Source: an uncultured delta proteobacterium (GTDB lineage: Bacteria; Myxococcota_A; Polyangia; Polyangiales; Polyangiaceae). From it: 64,000 bases of DNA. Where the stretch lies: contig CAWAIF010000003.1 in the NCBI GenBank assembly GCA_963782055.1, positions 1,344,001-1,408,000 of the forward strand. The letters are read 5' to 3'. The stretch's first letter is position 1, and each line of letters begins with the position of its first letter. Shown in pieces: positions 40,263 through 50,608 of the stretch. Both the position numbers and the translations under genes were made by a program. The notes below the pieces were generated by a model that was not told the DNA's origin, ran no database searches, and was given only the letters and a program-made list of their open reading frames with translations.

Positions 40263-40327
40263 AAGCGTACGGGCTCGGCCGCAGGAGGCGCGCGAGAACG
40301 GTAGGTGCCTTGATGGGGGCGTCAGGG

Positions 40328-40550
40328 TCAGACGTCCGCGTCGCGGACGTCGCCGGACTCCACGAGCGACTCCAGGCGCTCCAGCGCCTCGGCCCAGCCC
40401 TCCGTCGCCATCTTGCGCTCGCGCAGGACCGCGGCGCTCGCGGCGAGCTCGGGCGGCAGCACGCGCTGGCGCACCGTCATCTCCGTCCGCCCGTCGCGCT
40501 GGACGAAGGTGACGCTCGTGCGGATGAAGGCGTCGCGGGGGAAGTCCGGG
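40328..40550 (-). pseudogene. C-terminal remnant of an SRPBCC/AHSA1-family gene
   Basis: IRTSVTFVQRDGRTEMTVRQ...MATEGWAEALERLESLV with no N-terminal half or start. Confidence 0.6.
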
Positions 40551-40641
40551 CCTCTGGACGGGCGAGCCGCTCCCCGGGTGGCCCACGACGGCGCGACCAG
40601 GCGGCGACGGGCATGCGGCACCAGGAGGCGCCGCGCCGGGG

Positions 40642-41160
40642 CTACCCGCAGAGCGCCTGGATGGTCTCTTCGAAGTCCGGGAACTCCTTCTTCGCCGCGG
40701 CAATCGCTTCCTTCGCCGTCTTCCTGGCCGCCTTCGCGTGCTTCATCGCGAACTTCTCGAAGTCCGGCGTCGGCTTGCGGGCTTCGCCCTCGTACGAGAT
40801 GGCCTGGTAGGGGCCGACGCCGGCCGCGAGCACCCACAGGTAGTCGGCGAAGTTGCGCGCCACGACGCCGAGCTCGCCCTCGGAGCCGAAGAAGACGATG
40901 GGCTGCTCGAGTAGGTCGGCGCCGGGTCGCACGAGCCAGAAGGCCGCGTACCCGCCGGTCCCGTCCATGCCGAAGACGCGGTACTCGGCGCCGGTCAGCT
41001 CGGCGTTGCCGGTCCACGCCTTGATCCAGTCGGCGTTGTCCTCTGCCGACTGGAACTCCTCGTACGGCTCGAAGTCGATGCCCTCGCCGTCGGCGTAGTC
41101 GAAGTGGAGCTCGTGGAGCTCGGAGAGCACGGGCGGAAGGGTCCTGTCGAAGTCGGTCAT
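40642..41160 (-). CDS. SMI1/KNR4 (SUKH)-like immunity-type protein
   Basis: IDFEPY...WIKAWTGN...YRVFGMDGTGGYAAFWL...PIVFFGSEGELGVVARNFADYLWVL. Confidence 0.75.
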   Translation of the reverse strand: MTDFDRTLPPVLSELHELHFDYADGEGIDFEPYEEFQSAEDNADWIKAWTGNAELTGAEYRVFGMDGTGGYAAFWLVRPGADLLEQPIVFFGSEGELGVVARNFADYLWVLAAGVGPYQAISYEGEARKPTPDFEKFAMKHAKAARKTAKEAIAAAKKEFPDFEETIQALCG

Positions 41161-41364
41161 CGTGGGGCGGGACACTACCATCCGGACCGTCGCACGGTCC
41201 GTCCTGTGCGCCCTGCGCCTGGGGTGCAGCACCTCGCCGGTGGTGGGAGGGGTGAAGCCGGCTTCGCACCGCGATCGGCCTTGCGCGCCGACGTGGGGTC
41301 ACGCGATAGGAGCGCGCGGTTCACACCCGACCGCGAGGTGCGCCCTTTCTCCAGCGATCGCGCG

Positions 41365-41380
41365 TGGCCCAGCGCTTGCG
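41365..41380 (+). promoter_or_regulatory. Putative sigma54 promoter
   Basis: TGGCCCAGCGCTTGCG (GG-N10-GC, TTGC); ATG 15 nt after the -12 C. Confidence 0.5.
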
Positions 41381-41393
41381 ATGCGCTGCCGCC

Positions 41394-42485
41394 ATGCAGG
41401 TTCGCTTCGTGCTCACGGCTTGCCTCCTCCTCGGCTGCGCGTACACCGGTCACGACTCGCTCGCGGCCAACGGAGAGGACGGCGCCCTGTTCTTCTCCGG
41501 CGCGACCGCGCCGGACGTGGGCGTGGTGCCCCTCGGGACGTCGCGCACGATCCAGGTGGACCGCCTGCCGGGCGGCGACGTCACCTGCTACGCGCCGGGC
41601 ATGGCCGGCGGTCACCCGGATCTCCTGTCCCCCACCACGTGCAACGCCCCGCCCGACTACCCCATCGTCCTCGACTCTGCGAGCTGCGACGCCGACGCGT
41701 GCGACGTCACCTCCACGATCGAACGAGGCCACCTCACGCTCCACGTGTCGGGCAAGTCGGCCGGCGCCACCAAGCTCCACGTGGTGGTCCACGGAACGAG
41801 CGACGGCGCGGTGCACTCCGACTCGGTCGCGATCGCCTTCGCCCCCGCTGGCCGCATCGAGCTCCAGGCGTCGCCCTACGATCTCGCGCCCCTGCGCGCG
41901 CCCGTCCTGCCGGGCGTGTCCTTCTCCCCCCCGGCTGCGACCGTGCTCGACGCGGCCGGCCACGCGATGAGCGTCGACCCCCACGCGCTGACGTATTCGG
42001 TCGACGGGGACGCCTTCACGGCGAAACAGGACGGCACGCTCGTCGCCGGCCAGCCCGGGCACACCACGCTAGAGTGGCAGATCCCCGGGGCGATCTCGCG
42101 CAAGGTCAATCTCGAGGTGGTCAGTCCGAGCGACGTCACCTCGCTCGAGGTGTCCCCTTCCCCGTGGCATGGCTACCAGTCAGCCGTCGATTTCGACGCG
42201 CCCGTCCCGAGCGGCGGCGCGCCGCTCTCCTCGATCGAAACCTCGTCAGCGACTGTCGGGCTCACCTTCGCGACGCGCGCGGTGCTGCTCGATGGCCGTC
42301 GCGCGCTGCCCTTCCTCGACGCGACCACCGTCACGCCGTCGTCGCTGGGGCTCGACGTCAGACCCGAGATGTTCGAGGCGTGGGACTTCACGATCTGGTC
42401 GGCGCCCGCCGCCGGGCAAGGCACGCTCGAAGTGCGCGCGGACGGGCTCGTCGCCGATCTGCCGCTCTCCGTGTCGGCCCCCTGA
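41394..42485 (+). CDS. Beta-rich (Ig-like) lipoprotein, hypothetical
   Basis: MQVRFVLTACLLLGC lipobox. Confidence 0.75.
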   Translation: MQVRFVLTACLLLGCAYTGHDSLAANGEDGALFFSGATAPDVGVVPLGTSRTIQVDRLPGGDVTCYAPGMAGGHPDLLSPTTCNAPPDYPIVLDSASCDADACDVTSTIERGHLTLHVSGKSAGATKLHVVVHGTSDGAVHSDSVAIAFAPAGRIELQASPYDLAPLRAPVLPGVSFSPPAATVLDAAGHAMSVDPHALTYSVDGDAFTAKQDGTLVAGQPGHTTLEWQIPGAISRKVNLEVVSPSDVTSLEVSPSPWHGYQSAVDFDAPVPSGGAPLSSIETSSATVGLTFATRAVLLDGRRALPFLDATTVTPSSLGLDVRPEMFEAWDFTIWSAPAAGQGTLEVRADGLVADLPLSVSAP

Positions 42486-42543
42486 TCGCCCGGGCCTGGA
42501 GAGCCCGGGTCCACGCGGAGCTGGTGCCGGCGATCGTCTTCCC

Positions 42544-45500
42544 TCAGGGCGCGGTCCGGTCGGCCTGGCGGGGTGGGGAGTGCTTCACGAGCTGCGCGAG
42601 CTCGGCGACGAGGCGGTCGGCATCGACGGGCTTGGAGAGGTACGACTGGAAGCCCGCCTCGAACGCCCGTTGCCGATCTTCCGCGCCCGCGAGCGCGGTG
42701 AGGGCCAGCGCCGGCACGTGCCCGCCGCGCTCCGGCCCCAGCCCGCGGATCCGACCGAGGAGGGTGTAGCCGTCCTCGCCCGGCATGGCGATGTCGCAGA
42801 CGAGAAGCTGGGGATCGAACGCGGCGTGGACGGCCAGCGCCTCCTCGGCCGACGCCGCCGACCGGACCTGCGCTCCGCTCGCCTGCAACGCGTCGGTCAG
42901 CGCCTCGCGCGTCCCGGCGTCGTCCTCGACGACGAGGACGCGCACCCCTCCGATGCCGTCGGCGGGCGGCTCGCTCGCGGGGGCGGGCGCCACTCCCTTC
43001 GAGGACGCGCGCGCGTCGGCCTCCGCCATCAGCGGAAGCAGCACGGTGAAGGTCGTGCCCCGGCCTCTCCCCTCGCTCTCGACCTGGACGCTGCCGCGGT
43101 GGGCCTCCACGAGATAGCGCACGATCGCCAGGCCCAGACCGAGCCCGCCGTGTGCGCGCGTCTGCAGGCGATCCTCCTGCGTGAAGCGATCGAAGATGTG
43201 GGTCAGGAAGGCGCGCTCGATGCCGATGCCGGTGTCGCTCACGCGGATCCGCGCGCGTCGCTCGACGGAGTCCACGGTCACCACCACGCGGCCCCCCTCG
43301 GGCGTGAACTTGATGGCGTTGTTCAGCAGGTTCAAGACGACCTGCTCCAGCCGCTGAGGGTCGGCGGCGACCCGCGCGACCGGCGCGTCCAGCCGGAGCT
43401 CGACGGCGACGCGGGCGCTCTCGGCGGTGGCGCCGACCGCGTCCGCGGCCGCGCGGACGATGGACGCCACGTCGACGGGCTGCATCACGATCTTCAGCTT
43501 GCCCGTCACGATGCGGGAGACGTCGAGCAGGTCGTCGACGAGCTGCGCCTGCGCCTTCGTGGCGCGCTCGATGGCCACCGCCGCCTTCCGGAGCCTGGGT
43601 TCCTCCACGGGCCCGCGCTGCAGGAGCTGGGACTGCAGGAGCAACGTCGACAGCGGGGTCCGCAGCTCGTGAGAGAGCGTCGCGAGGAAGATGTCCTTCG
43701 CCCGGTTCGCCTGCTCCGCGCTGGCCTTGGCGGACTCGGCGTCCGCGAGCAGCTGCGCCCGCTCCGCCTCGGCGCGCCGGCGGTCGGTGACGTCCTCGAC
43801 GGCAAGCACGAGCATGCGCCGTCCGGCGGGCGTCGGGATCGCACGACCGGAGAGCCACAAGGAGCGAAGACCCACGCCGGGGATGTCCACCTCCGCGTCC
43901 ACGCGCTCGAAGCTCACGTCGCCGTCCGGCGCCCCGCCCAGCACCGCCCGGAGCGCGGGGACGTCCAGGGCTCCCCCCATCGATTCGTAGAGCCCGCGGC
44001 CCTCCGACGCCTTGCCGGAGCCGCCGTAGCGCTCGTCGAACGCCTCGTTGGCCGAGAGGATCCGGAGCGCCGGATCGAGCACCAGGACGGGCGTCGGAAG
44101 CGCCTCCACGACCGCCCTCGCGTAATCGCGAGCCCACTCGGCCGCGCCGAGCGCGCGCTTGAGGACGTCGACGTCGACCACCGACAGAACGGCGCCGTCC
44201 ACCCTCTTGTCCACGGTGGTGTACGGCCGGATCTGGAGCCTGTACCAGCGCCCGTCCCGCCCCTCGACCTCCTCCTCGTGCATCGTCACCGTCTCGATGA
44301 CCGCGGCGATCTTCGTGTCCAGGTCGTTCATCAGGAGGTTCGGCCTGATGTCGTCCATCACGCGTCCGACGTCGGTGGCGAGCACGTTGAGGATGGGGCG
44401 AGCGTTGGGCGTGAATCGGCGGATGCGCCGGTGCGAGTCCACGATGACCATGGGGATCTCGGAGGCGCCCAGGACGTTCACCAGGTCGCCGTTCACCGCG
44501 TCCAGCTCCAGGTTGCGGGTCTGCAGCTCCTCGTTGAGGGTGCTCAGCTCTTCGTTCGTCGACTGCAGCTCCTCCTTCGCCGTCTGCAGCTCCTCGTTCA
44601 GGCTCTGGAGCTCCTCGTTCGTGGACACGAGCTCCTCGTTGGCCGACATCAGCTCTTCGTTGGTGTGCTCGTGCTCCTCGATGATGGAGCGCAGATACTC
44701 CTTGTTCGTCCTGAGCTCCTCCTCAAGCCGCTCGACGCGGCGGGTCTCGGCCGCGGTGGGCCGCGGCTCCCGCGCGCCGGAGCCTCGCGGAGCCGGCTCC
44801 TCCGGCGGAGGGTGCGCCTCCTCGAACAGGACGACGAAGGCGCGGCCTTGCGACGCCGGGGCCTGGGCGACCGGGATCACGACGACGTTGCACAGCCGCG
44901 TCGACCCGTTCTGTCCCACGCGGACGTCCGGCCGGCGGACGACGGTGTTGTCCTTCACGGCCGTCTTGATGGCGATTCGCAGATCGGGCATCAGCCCGGG
45001 ACGCGCCATCATGAGGAGATCGTGCTGCGGCTGGCCGGGCGGCGCCTCCAGGTACGGCCCCGTACGCCCGCGGAAGTGCAGGATCTCCATCCGCTCGTTG
45101 ACGACGACGCCTGCCGGCGCGTAGCGGTCGAGCATGAGGCTCTCCGCGCGCCTCACCACCTCCGCGACGGGGGCCAAGCGCGCGCGCGTCTCGCCGCGCC
45201 GGGACGCCGTCGGCGCGACGTCTCGCGCCGGGGCGAGCCGCAAGGTGCTCTTGACCGCGGTCCGGGCGAAGATCTTGTGCTGCTTGTCCGAGGGCGCGAA
45301 CAGGTGCAACCCGTCCACGACGTTCTCCGCGTGACCCAGCAGGAGGAAGCCCGGCTCGTTCAGCGCGAAGTGGAAGGAGGCCAGGACGCGCTGCTGCAGC
45401 TCCTGCCCGAAGTAGATGAGGACGTTGCGGCAGCTCACCAGGTCGATCCTGGAGAAGGGCGGGTCGCGCGCCAGATCGTGCTTCACGAAGGCGCAGCGTT

Positions 45501-46740
45501 CGCGAACGGCCTTGTCGATACGGTACCCGCCACTCTCCACGTTGAAGAAGCGCGCGAGCCGCTCCGCCCCGACGTCGCGCACGGTGGCGTCGCGGTAGAA
45601 GCCGGCCCGCGCCTGCTCGACGGCCTTCTCGCTGATGTCGGTGCCGAAGAGCTGGACCGGGACGTCGTTGGCGCCCTGCTCCCGCAGGAACTCGAGCACC
45701 GACATCATGATCGAGTAGGCCTCCTCGCCGGTGGAGCAGCCGGCAGACCAGATGCGAATGGTGCCGCCGTCCCGCTTGCGCTTCAGGATCTCCGGCAGGG
45801 CGTGCTCCTTCAGCTTCTCGAGCGCCGCGCCGTCCCGGAAGAAGGACGTCACGTGGATGAGGATGTCGTCGAAGAGCGCCTGCGCCTCGGCGCGATCGTC
45901 CCGGACCACGCGCACGTAGTCGTCGAGGGTCGCGAGCCGGTGCACCGCCATCCGCCGCGCCACGCGCCGCCGCACGCTGGACAGCTTGTACTCCGCGAAG
46001 TCCACGCCCACCGCGCTCCGCAGCAAGAGCAGGACCTTCCGCAGCTCCGTGTCGTCGTCGGGGCTGGAGAGCACCGCGTCGTCCCGGGAGCGGATGAAGG
46101 GGTGCCGCCCAATCCGCATCAGCTCGTCGGCGAGCTCCGGGATGGGGAGGACGAAATCGACGGCGCCCGTCTTGACCGCGGCCTCCGGCATGCCGCTGAA
46201 CTTCGCCGACTCCGGCGCCTGGGCGAAGGTGACGCCGTCCTCCGCCTTGATGGCGCGCAGACCTTCGGCGCCGTCGGCCCCCGTCCCGGACAGGACGATG
46301 CCGATGGCCTGGCTTCCACGATCCTTGGCCAGGGCCTCGAAGAAGAAGTCGATCGGGAGATGAGGCCAGCGCGTCGGCGATGGGCGGGGCAGGAGCGCGA
46401 GCGCCCCGTGGAGAATGCCGAGGTCGGCGTCCGGCGGGATGACGTAGACGTGGTCGGGCGAGACGATCATCCCGTCCCGCGCTTCCTCCACCGGGAGCTT
46501 GGTCGATCGGGAGATCGCCTCGCTGAGGTAGCTCGCGTGGGTCGGGTCGAGGTGCTGCACCAGCACGAACGCCATGCCGCTGTTCAGCGGGACACGGCGG
46601 AGAAGGTCGATGAAGGCTTCCATGCCGCCGGCAGACGCGCCGACCGCCACGACGGGGCACGGCGTCGGGCGAGACGAAGGCGCCGGCGCGAGTGTGAGCG
46701 ACGACGACGGCGTCGGCGGGCTCTTGCTCTTCTTCTTCAT
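42544..46740 (-). CDS. CheB-CheR-PAS-histidine kinase-REC hybrid
   Basis: VGASAGG/QHLDP/LSGTGADG (CheB); VTSFFRD, WSAGCSTGEEAYS, SCRNVLIY (CheR); NEELQS heptads; SHELRTPL, NLLNNAIKFT, GLGLGL; CDIAMPGEDGY (REC). Confidence 0.95.
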   Translation of the reverse strand: MKKKSKSPPTPSSSLTLAPAPSSRPTPCPVVAVGASAGGMEAFIDLLRRVPLNSGMAFVLVQHLDPTHASYLSEAISRSTKLPVEEARDGMIVSPDHVYVIPPDADLGILHGALALLPRPSPTRWPHLPIDFFFEALAKDRGSQAIGIVLSGTGADGAEGLRAIKAEDGVTFAQAPESAKFSGMPEAAVKTGAVDFVLPIPELADELMRIGRHPFIRSRDDAVLSSPDDDTELRKVLLLLRSAVGVDFAEYKLSSVRRRVARRMAVHRLATLDDYVRVVRDDRAEAQALFDDILIHVTSFFRDGAALEKLKEHALPEILKRKRDGGTIRIWSAGCSTGEEAYSIMMSVLEFLREQGANDVPVQLFGTDISEKAVEQARAGFYRDATVRDVGAERLARFFNVESGGYRIDKAVRERCAFVKHDLARDPPFSRIDLVSCRNVLIYFGQELQQRVLASFHFALNEPGFLLLGHAENVVDGLHLFAPSDKQHKIFARTAVKSTLRLAPARDVAPTASRRGETRARLAPVAEVVRRAESLMLDRYAPAGVVVNERMEILHFRGRTGPYLEAPPGQPQHDLLMMARPGLMPDLRIAIKTAVKDNTVVRRPDVRVGQNGSTRLCNVVVIPVAQAPASQGRAFVVLFEEAHPPPEEPAPRGSGAREPRPTAAETRRVERLEEELRTNKEYLRSIIEEHEHTNEELMSANEELVSTNEELQSLNEELQTAKEELQSTNEELSTLNEELQTRNLELDAVNGDLVNVLGASEIPMVIVDSHRRIRRFTPNARPILNVLATDVGRVMDDIRPNLLMNDLDTKIAAVIETVTMHEEEVEGRDGRWYRLQIRPYTTVDKRVDGAVLSVVDVDVLKRALGAAEWARDYARAVVEALPTPVLVLDPALRILSANEAFDERYGGSGKASEGRGLYESMGGALDVPALRAVLGGAPDGDVSFERVDAEVDIPGVGLRSLWLSGRAIPTPAGRRMLVLAVEDVTDRRRAEAERAQLLADAESAKASAEQANRAKDIFLATLSHELRTPLSTLLLQSQLLQRGPVEEPRLRKAAVAIERATKAQAQLVDDLLDVSRIVTGKLKIVMQPVDVASIVRAAADAVGATAESARVAVELRLDAPVARVAADPQRLEQVVLNLLNNAIKFTPEGGRVVVTVDSVERRARIRVSDTGIGIERAFLTHIFDRFTQEDRLQTRAHGGLGLGLAIVRYLVEAHRGSVQVESEGRGRGTTFTVLLPLMAEADARASSKGVAPAPASEPPADGIGGVRVLVVEDDAGTREALTDALQASGAQVRSAASAEEALAVHAAFDPQLLVCDIAMPGEDGYTLLGRIRGLGPERGGHVPALALTALAGAEDRQRAFEAGFQSYLSKPVDADRLVAELAQLVKHSPPRQADRTAP

Positions 46741-46774
46741 GTTCACGCTTCCCCGGCGGCCGGCGCCCGCGCGT

Positions 46775-47173
46775 TCATGTGGCTGTCGCGCGCGCGACCT
46801 CGCGGATGACGAGATCCATCTCGACCGGCTTGGCCAGCACGCGCTCGAATCCGGAGGCCTCCGCCCGTGAGAGGTCCTCCGGCTCCGACCAGCCGGACAG
46901 CGCGAGAAGTCGCGTGCCGGCGAGGGACGGGTCCTCGCGAACCGCGCGGGCGATCTGGTGCCCATCGAGACGCGGCAGCGAGATGTCGCAGAGGACGAGG
47001 TCCGGGTGCGTCGCCCGGATGAGCGCCAGCCCGGCCACGCCGTCGGTAGCCACCGACACATCGTAGCCTTCATGCTCGAGGATGTCCTTGAGCACGTCGG
47101 CCATGTCGGCCGCGTCCTCGACGATGACGACGTGTCGTCTTCGATGGCTTTCGTTTGTGGCTTCGCCGCGCAT
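46775..47173 (-). CDS. Single-domain response regulator
   Basis: VVIVED, PDLVLCDISLPRLDG, ALSGW, LAKP; AGGAGG RBS. Confidence 0.92.
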   Translation of the reverse strand: MRGEATNESHRRRHVVIVEDAADMADVLKDILEHEGYDVSVATDGVAGLALIRATHPDLVLCDISLPRLDGHQIARAVREDPSLAGTRLLALSGWSEPEDLSRAEASGFERVLAKPVEMDLVIREVARATAT

Positions 47174-47383
47174 GGTACCTCCTGGTGCGGCATTCCACCC
47201 GACTCGGTCACGATGACGCCCAGCACAAGATAAACACGACGACCACTGTTCGCCGGGAATTCATCGGTGGAAGCGCTCCCCCGCACCGTTTGCAGGGACA
47301 CCCATCCGGCTGCGTGGTCGCCCGACGGATGACCTTCTTGCGCGGCCACGACGCCACGCCGGCTCTCGTGATAGACCCGCGGC

Positions 47384-48220
47384 ATGAGGCCCGGACGAGG
47401 CAGTCGTACGGCGGTGATGGTGTGCCAGGCGCGCGCCTTCGCCCAGCGCACGCGCACCGTCGCCGGCTTCGACGACCCGACCGCCTTCGCGCTGCTGCCG
47501 GACGACGCGCGGCGAGAGCTCGAGCGGCACCTCGCCGGCGGCGCGCCCCGCCGCTTCTCGTACCAGAGCCTCGTGAAGCGCAGCGCGATGATGGTCGCGC
47601 GCACCGTCGCGATCGACGAGGTGGTCCGCGAGGCGGCGGCGCCGCAGGTCGTCATCCTCGGGGCGGGCCTCGACGGCCGGGCGTGGCGCATGCCCGAGCT
47701 GCGGGACGCCGTCGTCTTCGAGGTCGACCACCCCGACTCCCAGCGGGACAAGAGGGCGCGGCTCGGCGGGCTCGACGCGACGGCGCGCGAGGTCCGCTTC
47801 GTCGCGGTGGACTTCTCCCGCGACAATCTCGACGCCGCGCTCCAGGCCGCGGGCCACGACCGATCACGCCCCACCACCTGGATATGGGAGGGCGTCGTCA
47901 TGTACCTCGCCCTGCCGGACATCGAGCGCACCCTCGCGGTGGTGCAGCGCCGGTCGGCGGCGGGATCGCGGATCACGGTGCTCTATCACTGCCGCGGCTG
48001 GATCCTGCTCCTGGTGGCGCCGCTCGTCCGCCTCCTCGGAGAGCCGCTGCGATCCATCTTCGAGCCGGCGCAGATGCGCGAGCTGCTCGCGCGCTTCGGC
48101 GGCGAGGTCGTGCGGGACGAAGCCATCCCGGCGATCGCCAGGCGCATCTCGGCGGACCTGGAGAAGGACACGAAGGTCATGGGCCACCTGCGGCTCGTGA
48201 CCGCGACCATCGGCGGGTGA
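47384..48220 (+). CDS. Class I SAM-dependent methyltransferase (LCM/TIGR00027-like)
   Basis: ARTVAID, QVVILGAGLDGRAWR, VFEVDHP, WIWEGVVMYL. Confidence 0.9.
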   Translation: MRPGRGSRTAVMVCQARAFAQRTRTVAGFDDPTAFALLPDDARRELERHLAGGAPRRFSYQSLVKRSAMMVARTVAIDEVVREAAAPQVVILGAGLDGRAWRMPELRDAVVFEVDHPDSQRDKRARLGGLDATAREVRFVAVDFSRDNLDAALQAAGHDRSRPTTWIWEGVVMYLALPDIERTLAVVQRRSAAGSRITVLYHCRGWILLLVAPLVRLLGEPLRSIFEPAQMRELLARFGGEVVRDEAIPAIARRISADLEKDTKVMGHLRLVTATIGG

Positions 48221-48228
48221 CCGTGCCG

Positions 48229-48765
48229 TCAGCCGTCGAGGTCGTCGAGCTCGTGCTCGTCCACCGCCGACCACGGCCGGCCGTGCGCCAGGTCGACGAG
48301 GAGTCGCCTGACGGTGGGTCGCCCCGGCCGTGCGGCGATGCGTTCGATGTGACCGGCGGACGCCTCGAAGGCCTTCAAGACGGCCGGCGCGACCGCCGCG
48401 TTCTTCTCGTACGTCGTGCACTCCGCGATGGTGATCAACCCGCAGAGCAGGCGCGGCTCGGACCTGAAAGGCGGATCGGCCGCGAGCGCGCACAGAAAGG
48501 GGACGGCGTAGGCCGTCGCCTCGTAGAGATCGCCCTGGTGATGCAGCGTCCCCATGACGCCGTGGAACGCCTCGTCCTGCGAGTCCTCGTCCGGCTCCGC
48601 GAACGCCCGGAGGATCGCGGCGGCGTCGTCGAGGGGCACCAGGTACTTCGCGTACGTCCCCGGCTCCGCGCCGCTGTACGCGTTGCCGAGCGTGCGCCAC
48701 GGGACCTTCGCGAGATCTTCGAGGGCGCTCACGCCGGAGGCGGAGGGAACGACGAGCGGGACCAT
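48229..48765 (-). CDS. Hypothetical protein
   Basis: VPWRTLGNAY...LHHQGDLYEATAYAVPFL; plausible codon usage. Confidence 0.65.
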   Translation of the reverse strand: MVPLVVPSASGVSALEDLAKVPWRTLGNAYSGAEPGTYAKYLVPLDDAAAILRAFAEPDEDSQDEAFHGVMGTLHHQGDLYEATAYAVPFLCALAADPPFRSEPRLLCGLITIAECTTYEKNAAVAPAVLKAFEASAGHIERIAARPGRPTVRRLLVDLAHGRPWSAVDEHELDDLDG

Positions 48766-49165
48766 CGAGGGCGAGCGTAGCGCGATCGGAGGTCGCCGAG
48801 CTCGTCTCGGTCGCGAACGATCACATCGTGCCCGGCGTGCCCAGTGGCCATCGCGTCCGCCTGCCGCTGCCCCTGCCCGAGCGCGTGGTGCTGCCCGGGC
48901 TGGACTGACTCATTCGTCAGCGGCGCCAGCTCCATAGACGTGCGCGATCACGGCTCCGTCACCGGAGCGACAGGGGCGGACAACTACGTCGAGAATGATG
49001 TTGCCTTGCCGGAAGTCGTTTCCCCATCGGCGACCACCAGCCCGACATCGGAACCTCGCACCAGACCGATGATGCCCGCTCTCGAGACCGATCGCGGCAG
49101 GGTTTGTCACGCGTTCGAGCGGGGAGATCACCAGCCACGGACAACCACACCAATGGTGTAGGGAC

Positions 49166-49573
49166 ATGCACCTCCGATCGGTCCTCCTCGTCGCCGCGCT
49201 GCTCGTCGCCTGCAGCGACCAGGCCGCGCCGGATCAGGGAGACGCGGCGGCAGACGCGAGCGCGGGGGGCTGCTGCGCTCCCTCCCCGGGGCCCGACTGC
49301 TGCATGGACTACGGGGGATACAGCTCGGACGGGCGATGCGGCGAGACTTGCGACGGCATGCCGCTGCCGAGCGATCCGGGATGGAAGCTGGTCAAGGACG
49401 GGCACGGTTGCGATGTGTGGACCAACCCGAGGGGCACCATCGTCGGCGACGGGTGCGGTTCGCTTCCCCCGCCGCCAGATGCCGGTGGGGACGCCGGAGC
49501 GGACGCCGCCGCCGACGCCGGAGCGGACGCCGCCGCCGATGCCGCGGCCACGCTCGACGCATCCTCCGACTAG
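49166..49573 (+). CDS. Small Cys-rich lipoprotein
   Basis: LLVAC lipobox, Cys-rich core, DAGA tail. Confidence 0.75.
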   Translation: MHLRSVLLVAALLVACSDQAAPDQGDAAADASAGGCCAPSPGPDCCMDYGGYSSDGRCGETCDGMPLPSDPGWKLVKDGHGCDVWTNPRGTIVGDGCGSLPPPPDAGGDAGADAAADAGADAAADAAATLDASSD

Positions 49574-49658
49574 AACGGCGTGGCGACACGCCTCTCCGGC
49601 GCCCGGCGGCGACCGACTTGCTCTCCGGCTACAAGCAGGACGGCGCCGACCGGGAGGT

Positions 49659-50186
49659 TCAGAGCCCGAACCCCACCTCCTCGAGCCACCTGACGAACCG
49701 CGCCCGGACCCCGGGCACGTCGTCGAAGTACCGCGCGAGCCACTCCCCGCGTCCCGCGAATCGCGAGCCCTCCGCCGCGTCGACATACTGAGCGAACATC
49801 CGCGCGTGGTCTCTCGCGATGCCGGATCGCTCCGCCATCAGCGCCTCGAGGAACCTGGTGAACGCCTCTCGATGCACGGCGCCGCGGTACGCTCGGCTGA
49901 AGAACTTGCGCCCGGTGCGCTGCGCGCGGTGCCCGAGCTTCTCGTGGACGCGCGCGCCGAGGGAGAGCGGCCGCCACTTGAGCACGCGCTTGCGTCGGAC
50001 GGCATCGACCGCGCCCTCGTCCTCGGCGGTGAGCGCCCGCTTGACGCGTCGGCGGAAGCTCCGCTGCGCGATCGCCTCGCGCTTCGGCCAGCTGGCGCGG
50101 AAGGCGTGCGGGTATTCCGCGTAGGTCGGGAAGTCCCGCTCGTAGGCGAGCTTCTTCTTCTCGGGAGGGCTCCGCCGGCGCCGCAT
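49659..50186 (-). CDS. Basic hypothetical protein
   Basis: RRSPPEKKKLAYERD... ORF with ATG start. Confidence 0.6.
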   Translation of the reverse strand: MRRRRSPPEKKKLAYERDFPTYAEYPHAFRASWPKREAIAQRSFRRRVKRALTAEDEGAVDAVRRKRVLKWRPLSLGARVHEKLGHRAQRTGRKFFSRAYRGAVHREAFTRFLEALMAERSGIARDHARMFAQYVDAAEGSRFAGRGEWLARYFDDVPGVRARFVRWLEEVGFGL

Positions 50187-50199
50187 GCGTGCACGGACG

Positions 50200-50485
50200 T
50201 TTGTGTCTCGGATTCCTGAAGCACGCCGCCGTGGCCGCAGCCGCGGCCGCGAGCTGGCGTCGAAGAAGACGCGCGACCCGATCGCGATCCTCCGGGAGCA
50301 CCCGGCGGGCTGTAGTCGTCGCGAACCCAGACGCGTGCCGCCGAAGCCGCGGAGATCCTCCCATGCCCATGCTCCAGCCCGACGTCGCCCCTGTCGATGG
50401 CATGCGCGAGCCAGCGCACGAGGCGGTAGCCCTTCTCGTGCAGCTCAACGGCGCGGGAGACCTCATCGCGGGAAAACGTGGCCCC
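50200..50485 (-). pseudogene. Possible degraded gene remnant
   Basis: Protein-like FSRDEVSRAVELHEKGYRLVRWLAHAIDRG...ARVWVRDDY, apparently continuing in another frame as RVLPEDRDRVARLL. Confidence 0.35.
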
Positions 50486-50608
50486 TCGGACGGAGCCGCA
50501 CGCGCTTGGCTGACATCCGCGCCGGCGCTGTGGAGGTGACGTCGAGGTTTCGATCGGAGGGTGAAGACCGCGGGTGACAGGACTGCAGTGACGCGGCCAT
50601 GGATAGGC

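Noticed and set aside
44520..44670. 21-bp periodic repeats
   Set aside because: They encode the normal NEELQS heptad coiled coil of CheB/CheR fusions
42169..46809. 1546-aa plus-strand ORF and similar long antisense ORFs
   Set aside because: Stop-free shadow frames are expected opposite real genes in very high-GC DNA, and no motifs are present
46741..47976. N-terminal extension making the CheB/CheR hybrid 1810 aa
   Set aside because: It overlaps the response regulator and methyltransferase genes in other frames
48770..49165. Possible small gene in a lower-GC gap
   Set aside because: Several short ORFs, none with a recognisable motif or convincing start; no call can be supported
49488..49545. 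24-bp direct repeat
   Set aside because: It encodes the low-complexity DAGADAAA tail of a lipoprotein
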